Shown here piece after piece: positions 26,581-34,743 of a stretch of 64,000 nt of DNA (position 1 is its first letter; the number at the start of each line of letters is the position of its first letter). Below the pieces are notes generated by a model. It ran no database searches. It was not told where the DNA came from and saw nothing but the letters and a program-made list of their open reading frames with translations. This stretch comes from Chitinophagales bacterium (GTDB taxonomy: Bacteria > Bacteroidota > Bacteroidia > Chitinophagales > LD1): positions 21,300 through 85,299 of the forward strand of contig JAEUUZ010000004.1 of the NCBI GenBank assembly GCA_016786765.1, in the 5' to 3' direction. The translations under genes were made by a program, and so were the position numbers.

Positions 26581-27861
26581 TTACTGTTGCTCTACTTTCC
26601 ATGCTAATCGTTTAAGGAGTGGAGAGGGTAATCCACCCCAAACAGCTTTTGCAATCCATTCATCTTTTACTATTTCGAATGTATAAAACTGAAACGGTAT
26701 TGGCACTTCCTTTCCATCGCGCCCAATAACCAAGGTATGCTTGTATGTTCCGCTATTGAAAAAATAGGGCTCGTAAAAACTTGTATACACATAAGTACCC
26801 GATGGCTGAGGTTGATGTACTTCACCTTCGCGAAATGCAGGTGCATCGGTTGTAATCCATGTCCCGAATAAATCCAATATTTTCGAACCTAATTGCAGAT
26901 AACCTTCATCACATTTCTTTTCAATTACATACTCGATTTCGATAGCATCACTAATGTAAATGGCCGCATCATGAGCTTTGTTACTTGCTTTCACGCGAAC
27001 AGAAATTAATCGAAAGAAATCATTCTGCGGAGTAAGACTATTGTTTAAATCAAACTGAATTCTACCGGCTTCGTCTTTACCAGTAAATGACGACAATTCT
27101 ATTGCAGCATTTTGTTTGTTCAGCGCTATAAGATAATCAGCAAAAACTAATTTAGGATTGCCCTGAGCAGCAATCTTTCCTTCGCGTATTAATACACAGC
27201 GAGAACAGAACTCGATTACTTCAGAAGGATTATGACTTACAATAACAACTGTTTTCCCACTTCGAGCCAATGCAGAAATTTTCTGCTTTGCTTTTTCATG
27301 AAAGGCAGCATCTCCTACAGCCAAAACTTCATCTAGCAATAAAATATCGGCATCTAAGTGACTGAATACAGAAAAAGCCAAACGCAAATACATTCCGTTT
27401 GAATAGTTTTTTACCGGCTCATCTATAAACTCGCCAATGCCACTAAAATCAAGAATTTCAGCAAACACAGCATCAATTTTCTGTTTAGACATCCCTAATA
27501 AGCTGCCATTTAAATACACATTCTCTTTACCCGTTAAATCGGGGTGAAAACCTGCGCCAATACCAAGAATCGAACAAATCGTTCCATCTATTGCAATGGA
27601 GCCTGAGGTAGGTGGAATAATATTGCTTAATATCTGCAATAAAGTGCTTTTCCCTGAACCGTTCCGGCCAATTATCCCCAACACTTCCCCTTTCTGTATT
27701 TCGAGCGAAATATCTGTCAAAACATGATGCATATCAACTTTCCGATAACCCAATACATCCTTAAAAGCAAGTAGAATAGAGTTTTGAATGCCTTCACTTT
27801 TTAAATGCCGAAGTTCATAAGATTTGCTTAAGTGCTCAATTTTAATTGCCGGTTTTGTCAC
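26581..27861 (-). CDS. wzt: Polysaccharide ABC exporter ATP-binding protein, Wzt/TagH-type, with ~170-aa C-terminal extension
   Basis: GRNGSGKST Walker A, YSNGMYLRLAFSV signature, LLLDEVLAVGD Walker B, SH switch. Residues ~250-426 form an extra beta-rich domain where Wzt carbohydrate-binding domains sit. Confidence 0.8.
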   Translation of the reverse strand: MTKPAIKIEHLSKSYELRHLKSEGIQNSILLAFKDVLGYRKVDMHHVLTDISLEIQKGEVLGIIGRNGSGKSTLLQILSNIIPPTSGSIAIDGTICSILGIGAGFHPDLTGKENVYLNGSLLGMSKQKIDAVFAEILDFSGIGEFIDEPVKNYSNGMYLRLAFSVFSHLDADILLLDEVLAVGDAAFHEKAKQKISALARSGKTVVIVSHNPSEVIEFCSRCVLIREGKIAAQGNPKLVFADYLIALNKQNAAIELSSFTGKDEAGRIQFDLNNSLTPQNDFFRLISVRVKASNKAHDAAIYISDAIEIEYVIEKKCDEGYLQLGSKILDLFGTWITTDAPAFREGEVHQPQPSGTYVYTSFYEPYFFNSGTYKHTLVIGRDGKEVPIPFQFYTFEIVKDEWIAKAVWGGLPSPLLKRLAWKVEQQ

Positions 27862-27876
27862 ACTACACTATTTTCT

Positions 27877-28692
27877 TTAAATAAGTTCTGCCACATATCG
27901 TTCTACCTTTTTGAAATACATCAATCCTGCAACAAATAATAAAAGCATAAACAAAAAGATATAAATATATTGAATAGAAGGACAAGCTTCACCTAACAAC
28001 ACATAGCGGTAACCATCTAAAACACCTGCCATAGGATTTAAATAGGTTAACCAAAAATAACGTTCCGGAATAATTGAACCCGGATAAAAAACCGGTGTAA
28101 GCCAGATACTGAAATTAATCATGTAAGGCACAATGTGATGCAGATCACGATTTCGAATGGTAAGTGCATTTATCCATATAGTAATACATAACCCAACAAG
28201 AATATTCATAACAATTACTACCGGCAAAAACACAATTGACCAAGATAATGGATGGGCGAAAACGAACATTAGCAAAAGCATTACAGCTAACGATATTAGG
28301 AATTCGATAAGCCCTACTACCACTTTAGACAAGGGCAAAATAAATTTGGGGAAATAGATTTTTTGAATCAGGGTTTGATTTTGAATGAGAGATGTGCTTG
28401 CTCCATTTAAAATAAACGAAAAATAATTCCATCCGAGCATACCTGAAAAAGCGAAGAGTGGATAAGGAGAATGCATCCCCTTAATTTGGATAAGTTTATC
28501 GAAAAACAAAGTAAATACTAACATTCCGGCCAATGGTTGCAAAGCCGACCACAGAATACCAAATTTAGCTTGTGCGTATTTTACTTTCAATTCACGTGAT
28601 GCCAACACAATTACTAAATACCGATAGCTCCATACTTTCTTTAAATAAGTGAAAAGCGAATCTTCTTTAGCTTGAATGTATTGAATTGCCAT
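27877..28692 (-). CDS. wzm: ABC-2 type polysaccharide exporter permease (Wzm-type)
   Basis: 271 aa with 6 predicted TM helices. N-terminal ...YRYLVIVLASRELKVKYAQAKFGILWSALQP is the ABC-2 family hallmark. Lies directly upstream of wzt. Confidence 0.8.
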   Translation of the reverse strand: MAIQYIQAKEDSLFTYLKKVWSYRYLVIVLASRELKVKYAQAKFGILWSALQPLAGMLVFTLFFDKLIQIKGMHSPYPLFAFSGMLGWNYFSFILNGASTSLIQNQTLIQKIYFPKFILPLSKVVVGLIEFLISLAVMLLLMFVFAHPLSWSIVFLPVVIVMNILVGLCITIWINALTIRNRDLHHIVPYMINFSIWLTPVFYPGSIIPERYFWLTYLNPMAGVLDGYRYVLLGEACPSIQYIYIFLFMLLLFVAGLMYFKKVERYVAELI

Positions 28693-28714
28693 GAATCTAT
28701 TATTAGCGTTGCAT

Positions 28715-29560
28715 TTAATGACTGATGGCTTCCAAAACCTCTTCTATGGTTACAGGATTATTGACATATGATTCTAAGACTTCATATCCTTTATCAGTAG
28801 GCGCTTTCACCATTGAATCTTCGCGAAGACGTTCATACCGGTAGGTGAAATCATCGTCCGGATGATGAACTTCCAACGCTAATCCCGGTTCGGGTTGATG
28901 ATATATTTGGAACGATGCCTCTTGAGGTAAAATAGCCGATTGGATAACTATGCGTTCCATATCACTTTGGTTAGCGGGAGAGCCGTGAATAGTATTCAAA
29001 AAGAAAAGCAATGCTTCGCCTGCTTTCATAGAAAAAACCGTTGAGCGCATTTTCAACTCTTCCAAAATTGGTTTGTAATTCGGGAACAAATAGCCTGCTC
29101 CGCGCACGGGGCGATTAATATTATGGCTTTTTTTCAATATCCACATTGCACCATTGTGCGCATCCACATCTTGGAGCGGTACCCATATATTAAACGAAGT
29201 ATATTTTGATTCATCAACAATACTCCAATCTTGATGTACAGGAAATGTTGTTTCCTCACCCTTGAGCTTTACGATGAACTGTTGATTTACGGCTCTATAG
29301 TTTTTGAAATTTCGCTCACAAGCTGCAGATAAGATACGTTCTAGGTTTTCTTTTATCGTTAACTTATAATTCAAATCAGGCGACCAAATCGTCATGTGGA
29401 TTCCATCGTACAACGCAGGGGGATTTTGACCTCCATGCAAATCTTTATAAAATGTTTGTACTTCATTCAACTCTTCAGGGGTTAAAAATGGAATGCGCAC
29501 CACTCCTTCTTGCTGCATTTGGGCTTCGAGTGCAGAATCTTTCAGTATGCTGCTTTTCAT
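28715..29560 (-). CDS. PhyH-family Fe(II)/2OG dioxygenase paralog 5 (no basic C-terminal tail)
   Basis: VHQDWSIVDE, NIWVPLQDVDAHNGAMWILKKSH, NTIHGSPANQSDMERIV. Ends ...VTIEEVLEAISH. Confidence 0.75.
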   Translation of the reverse strand: MKSSILKDSALEAQMQQEGVVRIPFLTPEELNEVQTFYKDLHGGQNPPALYDGIHMTIWSPDLNYKLTIKENLERILSAACERNFKNYRAVNQQFIVKLKGEETTFPVHQDWSIVDESKYTSFNIWVPLQDVDAHNGAMWILKKSHNINRPVRGAGYLFPNYKPILEELKMRSTVFSMKAGEALLFFLNTIHGSPANQSDMERIVIQSAILPQEASFQIYHQPEPGLALEVHHPDDDFTYRYERLREDSMVKAPTDKGYEVLESYVNNPVTIEEVLEAISH

Positions 29561-29601
29561 TTAATTTCGAATTTTATACGATCAATTTATTCGGCATCGC
29601 G

Positions 29602-30639
29602 TTATGCCGCAAATATTTTTCTCAATTTATCCAAAAACCCAACCGCTCTTTCTGGCTGAGAGGCTTCAACAGATGGAATTTCCATAGCAACATTATGTGC
29701 ACTCAAGGGTTCTACAATCATATTACAGTCAGTATGCCCCTGTTCGTTTAAATAGTTAACCGGTTTAATTCCATGCTCAGCACACAATGCAGTAAACTCA
29801 GCTTCCGTTATTTTCGGCCATTCATCTTCAACTAATGCAACAGTTTCACCTGTTTGCGGACGAGCATGACAATCAACCAAAAAATTTGGATTCGTGAGCA
29901 AGTAATCGTCATCATGTTGTATTACTTCAATTTTTGCATTCGGTATTGCCGGATCCTTCCAACAAGTTTGCAATTTTGCTTCAGTTGGAAATAAACCAGA
30001 TATAACCACTACGCGCTCTTTACCGGAAAGATTTTGCATAGAGTTATGTACAATACGATTGTCGAAAACCAATATATCTCCTGCTTTCATAAACAATGGC
30101 TGTAAATATCTACGAACAGCGAAGTGAATATCATCGTATGGCGCAGGGAATGAAATACTACGATATGGCGAAAACATTTTATGACTTCCGGGCATCACAC
30201 ACATGGCTCCATTATCTGCCGTAATATCCTCTAACGGAATCCACAAACTTAAAGGAGAATACTTAAATTCATCCAAGCCTGTTGTATCTTGATGTACATA
30301 AAACTCACTTCGTGGTCCTGATGCTTTTACTATGTATGAATTCAACATCATCTTGTAATCCCCTAACCATTGATCGAGATATGGTTTTAGAATTGCCCCT
30401 ATTTCGTCATGCATTTTTCTTCGGTACACAAGATCTTGCGAATAGACACTATAAAACATACCCCCTTCACCATTTTCAAAATGATGTGTGGCGGCAAAAA
30501 GTGATTGCAATGCTTCTAATGATGATTCACTTAAACGACCATGAACCGAAAATCCATCTGTATCAATTCGTTCGCGGAGCTCTGAATCGGTAATATAGTG
30601 GTGTGCAACGGGTTGCCATGCTGTTTCTCTACTTATCAT
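29602..30639 (-). CDS. PhyH-family Fe(II)/2OG dioxygenase paralog 6 (C-terminal amphipathic tail)
   Basis: VHQDTTGLDE, SLWIPLEDITADNGAMCVMPGSH, RIVHNSMQNLSGKERVV. C-terminus PSVEASQPERAVGFLDKLRKIFAA. Confidence 0.75.
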   Translation of the reverse strand: MISRETAWQPVAHHYITDSELRERIDTDGFSVHGRLSESSLEALQSLFAATHHFENGEGGMFYSVYSQDLVYRRKMHDEIGAILKPYLDQWLGDYKMMLNSYIVKASGPRSEFYVHQDTTGLDEFKYSPLSLWIPLEDITADNGAMCVMPGSHKMFSPYRSISFPAPYDDIHFAVRRYLQPLFMKAGDILVFDNRIVHNSMQNLSGKERVVVISGLFPTEAKLQTCWKDPAIPNAKIEVIQHDDDYLLTNPNFLVDCHARPQTGETVALVEDEWPKITEAEFTALCAEHGIKPVNYLNEQGHTDCNMIVEPLSAHNVAMEIPSVEASQPERAVGFLDKLRKIFAA

Positions 30640-30711
30640 ACCCGAAATTTAGTTTACTTAAATATATGAAATATATTACGGTCTAAAGCTAACAATTAGT
30701 CTATAAAATAC

Positions 30712-31707
30712 GTGAAATCCTTCCTGAGAAAAATCAGAATTAGCGACCCTTGGAACTATAAAATTCCATTTCTAATTGCTATTCCATACTTATATGCTTT
30801 CCATAGTTCTTTTTATTATTCTTTTGGTGCACAAAATTTCATTTTTAAATTCTTCTTATCTTATATAACAATCATTGGTATAGCAGGATTTGCCTACACG
30901 TTAAACGACTTTACCGATAGAAAAAAGGACGAAGCGGCCGGAAAAGAAAACCTACATATCCATAAACCCATTTGGTTTTCGATGGGTATTCTTTTACTAT
31001 TCCTGAGTATTGCGTTAGCGCCTTGGTGTTACTTCCCAAAAACAGTTTACACATTATCGCTACTCAGTATTGAACTATTGCTTTTTGTGTTGTATTCCGT
31101 CCCGCCATTCCGCTTCAAAGAAAGAGGATTTTTAGGCGTGATTACTGATTCCCTTTATGCGCATGCCATTCCGGCTCTGCTGGCGCTAACAGCTTTCGAT
31201 CAAAATGGAGAACTGCCCTTCAACACGATTAGGGGATTATCGATAACTCTTCTTCTTTGGCAATTATTTCTAGGTATAAGAAACATACTCTTTCATCAAA
31301 TTGCAGACTCTAAGAACGATATCAAAAGCGGAATTAAAACATTTGTAACAAGCACTTCAATTCCTAAAACAGAACTATTGCTGAAGAAACTTTTCATACC
31401 GCTTGAGGTGATTAGTTTTTCCCTTTTTTGCCTTATCCTATCATTAACTTATTTTTTGATGTCGCTCACTCTTTTAGCCATCTATATACTATATCTTTTC
31501 TACCAAAGAAAGGGGTACCACTCTAGCACTCATCCGGTATACCGCAAGTTCTGTTACTTTTTTCTAGACGATTTCTACATCGAATGGCTGCCGATTTTTT
31601 TTCTCTTGTGGTTATTAACCATTGACATACGCTATATTGTACCGCTAGTACTCCACGTATTACTTTTCAGAAATTGCTTCAAACGTTTGTTAAAACTAAA
31701 CTTTTGA
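30712..31707 (+). CDS. UbiA-superfamily polytopic membrane transferase (divergent)
   Basis: About 8-9 TM helices. First Asp-rich motif NDFTDRKKD (NDxxDxxxD) after TM2. Second motif ADSKNDIKSGIKTF (DxxxD...G..T). GTG start. Confidence 0.65.
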   Translation: MKSFLRKIRISDPWNYKIPFLIAIPYLYAFHSSFYYSFGAQNFIFKFFLSYITIIGIAGFAYTLNDFTDRKKDEAAGKENLHIHKPIWFSMGILLLFLSIALAPWCYFPKTVYTLSLLSIELLLFVLYSVPPFRFKERGFLGVITDSLYAHAIPALLALTAFDQNGELPFNTIRGLSITLLLWQLFLGIRNILFHQIADSKNDIKSGIKTFVTSTSIPKTELLLKKLFIPLEVISFSLFCLILSLTYFLMSLTLLAIYILYLFYQRKGYHSSTHPVYRKFCYFFLDDFYIEWLPIFFLLWLLTIDIRYIVPLVLHVLLFRNCFKRLLKLNF

Positions 31708-31714
31708 TATTCGA

Positions 31715-32845
31715 ATGCAGACAAACAAAGACCATATTGCCGTTTTATCGCTGAATGCCAATAAGTATTCAGAAACCTTCATCCACAATCAAATCAAGTA
31801 TTTACCTGCTCATGTGCATTGCCTATATGATGGCGTACTACCTAAATATGGACCAAATGAAACTTGCTTTGTAGAAAACGAAAACACGCTTAAAACAATT
31901 TTACTTCGTCAGTGTAAAGGCAGATCAAAAACAGAGCAACATCAATATAATATTGAACAGTATCTTATCAAGAACAAGATCAAGGCAGTAGTTGCAAACT
32001 ATGCAATTACCGCTTTCCCAATTATGGATATTTGTCAACGCAATAACATTCCGCTTATTGTTCACTTTCACGGTTGGACAGCATATCGAAAAAGTCTTCT
32101 TGTAAAACATAAAGAAGACTACATGCGCATGTTCACTATTGCCTCAGCGGTGATTGCTGTCTCCAATGACATGTATGACCAACTTCAAAAATTGGGTTGT
32201 CCGAAGGAAAAGTTATCGCTTATCTATTATGGATTTAATAACGATTTGTTTGTTTATAGCGATCACTCTGAAAACAATTTAAATTTCCTATCGGTTGGAA
32301 GATTTTGCGACACTAAAAATCCACATCTTACCATCTTAGCTTTTCATCAAGTATTACAATCATTACCTGCTGCGAAACTTAATATGATTGGGGGCGATGA
32401 AACCTTATTGAATAGCTGCATGCAATTGGTGAAGAGTTTAAACATTGAACAACACGTTAACTTTCTTGGCATAAAAACACCCGAAGAAGTTGCAACAGAA
32501 ATGCATAAAGCCATCGCCTTTGTTCAACATTCAGCCACTACAATGGAAGGCGAAAAAGAAGGCACCCCTGTATCTATCATAGAAGCTATGGCCTCTGGTC
32601 TGCCCGTTGTTGCAACACGTCATGCCGGCATTCCTGATGTTATTTTAGAAAATGAATCAGGGTTATTGTGCAATGAATTTGATATAAATGAAATGGCACG
32701 CCTGATGTTGAATGTCGCTACGGATAAAGCCCTCAACCAACGCATTGGAAAAAATGCAAGCGGTAGAGTGCATACCCATTTCACAATGCAACAATATATC
32801 GACAAACTTTGGGCTGTGATTAACGATAAGATTCAAAAGCAATAA
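31715..32845 (+). CDS. GT4-family (GT-B) glycosyltransferase
   Basis: C-terminal half ...[40 protein letters not shown] matches the E-x7-E retaining-GT4 signature. Confidence 0.8.
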   Translation: [376 protein letters not shown]

Positions 32846-32847
32846 TC

Positions 32848-34743
32848 ATGTGCGGCATTTTAGGAACCATACCGGCAACACCACAAGGCTACTTTAGCGA
32901 AGCATTGTCGTTATTGAAACACAGAGGTCCGGATGGAAGTTCTACTTGGCACAATCAAGCACAAAGCATTTCTTTAGGTCATAATCGGTTAACCATTATC
33001 GATAAAACGGAGTCAGGCATTCAGCCCATGCACCGTGAACATTTGCATATTGTATACAACGGTGAAATTTTCAACTTTGTTGAATTGCGTGATGAACTGA
33101 TGACCCTTGGATTTACGTTCACATCAACATCCGACACAGAAGTTATCCTTAACGCTTACAAAGCATGGAAAGAAGAATGCTTTGCCCGTTTCAACGGTAT
33201 GTGGGCATTAGCGATATGGAATGATATAGACAATACGTTATTGCTATCTCGGGATCGATACGGTGAAAAGCCTTTGTATTATATAAGCCACAATAACGGC
33301 TTTGCCTTTGCATCGGAAATGAAAGCACTCATTCCGTTTTTGGAAAACGTTGAAGTTCATGCTAACTTCAAAAGCTTTTGCAATAATCCATTTGCCTACG
33401 AAGCCACCGAAGATTGTCTCATCAAAGACATCAAACGATTCCCTGCATCACATTGGGGAAAACATAAAGATGGGGAATTAGTATTACATCAATACTGGAA
33501 TACGAAAGAACATTTGCAACTTATTTCATCCAATTATAAAAAACAAACAGAGGAATTTCGTTCTCTATTTTTAGATGCTATAAAAATTAGAATGCGCTCA
33601 GATGTTCCAATTGGAACAGCATTGAGTGGAGGCATTGATTCCTCGTGTGTAGCAGTAGCCATGCATGCCATTGCAGGAAAAGTAGAATCTAACTTTAATC
33701 ACAATTGGCAAAATGTGTTCTCTGCTGTTTATCCAAATTCCGATGTAGACGAATCGGAATATATCAAAAGTGTTACTGCTCAATTAAACATAAAAGCATT
33801 TGAAGTAGAGATTGATGCCACAAAAGCATTAGCACAATTCGAAGAAGACTATTATAAATTTGAAGAATTATATATCACTTCACCTTTCCCAATGCTACAA
33901 ACGTATGCTGCGATGCGCAAACAAGGCGTAGTGGTAACCTTAGACGGACATGGTGCCGATGAATTATTTTGCGGCTACGATACATTTATGTTGGCTGCTT
34001 TGAAAGATTGCGGATTAAATCCTTTCACTATAAAGTCGATCCTAAATACATATAATGCATTAGGTGGAAACAAATCACAATTTCAGAAAAAACAAAAAAC
34101 GTTCAGCGAGTATACAAAGTGGAATACCGGCAGCGAAAGTATAACTGCATTGCTTCCCATTATTAGCACAGAAATCAAAAAAGCTCTTGCTACTCCGAAA
34201 ATCCAGAAAGAAAAAATGGATACGTTAACTGAAAATCTGTATAAACTATTCCATACAGATAATCTTCCAACATTACTTCGTAACTACGATCATTATTCAA
34301 TGGCAAATGGAGTGGAAATCCGCTCACCTTTTTTAGACCACCGATTAGTGAGTTACACTTTTTCTTTGCCTTGGCAATCGAAGCTGAGCAAAGGGTTGAC
34401 CAAAACTATTTTACGCGATGCCATGCAGCCCTACTTACCGAAAGCCATTTATAATCGAAGATCGAAAATGGGATTCCAAACGCCTATTGTAGATTGGCTA
34501 AAAGGTCCTTGGAAGCATTATTTTCTTGAATTAATACACACCGACCGATTTAATCAATCCACTTTCATAGAAGCGAATACAGTTAGACAAAACATTGAAA
34601 ATTGCATCAACAACAAAGACGTAAGTTACAGAGAAGGGGAATTGGCCTATACATCTATCGCCCCATTTTTATGGGAACTTTTTGTTTTTGAAAAATTCAA
34701 GCAAATTCACCTCCAATTCAAAAACACTAAAACAGCATTTTGA
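32848..34743 (+). CDS. Asparagine synthase-type glutamine amidotransferase (AsnB family, polysaccharide-locus type)
   Basis: MCGILG, with the Ntn nucleophile Cys2 retained. HRGPDG, DTEV, SGGIDSS PP-loop. 631 aa. Confidence 0.85.
   Translation: MCGILGTIPATPQGYFSEALSLLKHRGPDGSSTWHNQAQSISLGHNRLTIIDKTESGIQPMHREHLHIVYNGEIFNFVELRDELMTLGFTFTSTSDTEVILNAYKAWKEECFARFNGMWALAIWNDIDNTLLLSRDRYGEKPLYYISHNNGFAFASEMKALIPFLENVEVHANFKSFCNNPFAYEATEDCLIKDIKRFPASHWGKHKDGELVLHQYWNTKEHLQLISSNYKKQTEEFRSLFLDAIKIRMRSDVPIGTALSGGIDSSCVAVAMHAIAGKVESNFNHNWQNVFSAVYPNSDVDESEYIKSVTAQLNIKAFEVEIDATKALAQFEEDYYKFEELYITSPFPMLQTYAAMRKQGVVVTLDGHGADELFCGYDTFMLAALKDCGLNPFTIKSILNTYNALGGNKSQFQKKQKTFSEYTKWNTGSESITALLPIISTEIKKALATPKIQKEKMDTLTENLYKLFHTDNLPTLLRNYDHYSMANGVEIRSPFLDHRLVSYTFSLPWQSKLSKGLTKTILRDAMQPYLPKAIYNRRSKMGFQTPIVDWLKGPWKHYFLELIHTDRFNQSTFIEANTVRQNIENCINNKDVSYREGELAYTSIAPFLWELFVFEKFKQIHLQFKNTKTAF

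Noticed and set aside
30660-30676. Direct repeat AAATATAT-G-AAATATAT in the 72-bp divergent promoter region between paralog 6 and the UbiA-like gene, as a possible operator
   Set aside because: It is short and lies in extremely AT-rich intergenic DNA, so it cannot be distinguished from chance without comparative data or a nearby regulator gene. It is worth a look only if conserved in orthologous loci.
32848-34743. AsnB homologue as a lasso-peptide cyclase, which would make the dioxygenase/MT/ABC set a RiPP cluster
   Set aside because: The protein keeps the Ntn Cys2 glutaminase nucleophile and is full-length AsnB-like. No transglutaminase-like leader protease, RRE or short precursor ORF is present, and the neighbouring genes (WbaP, GT4, Wzm/Wzt, GME) point to a glycan.
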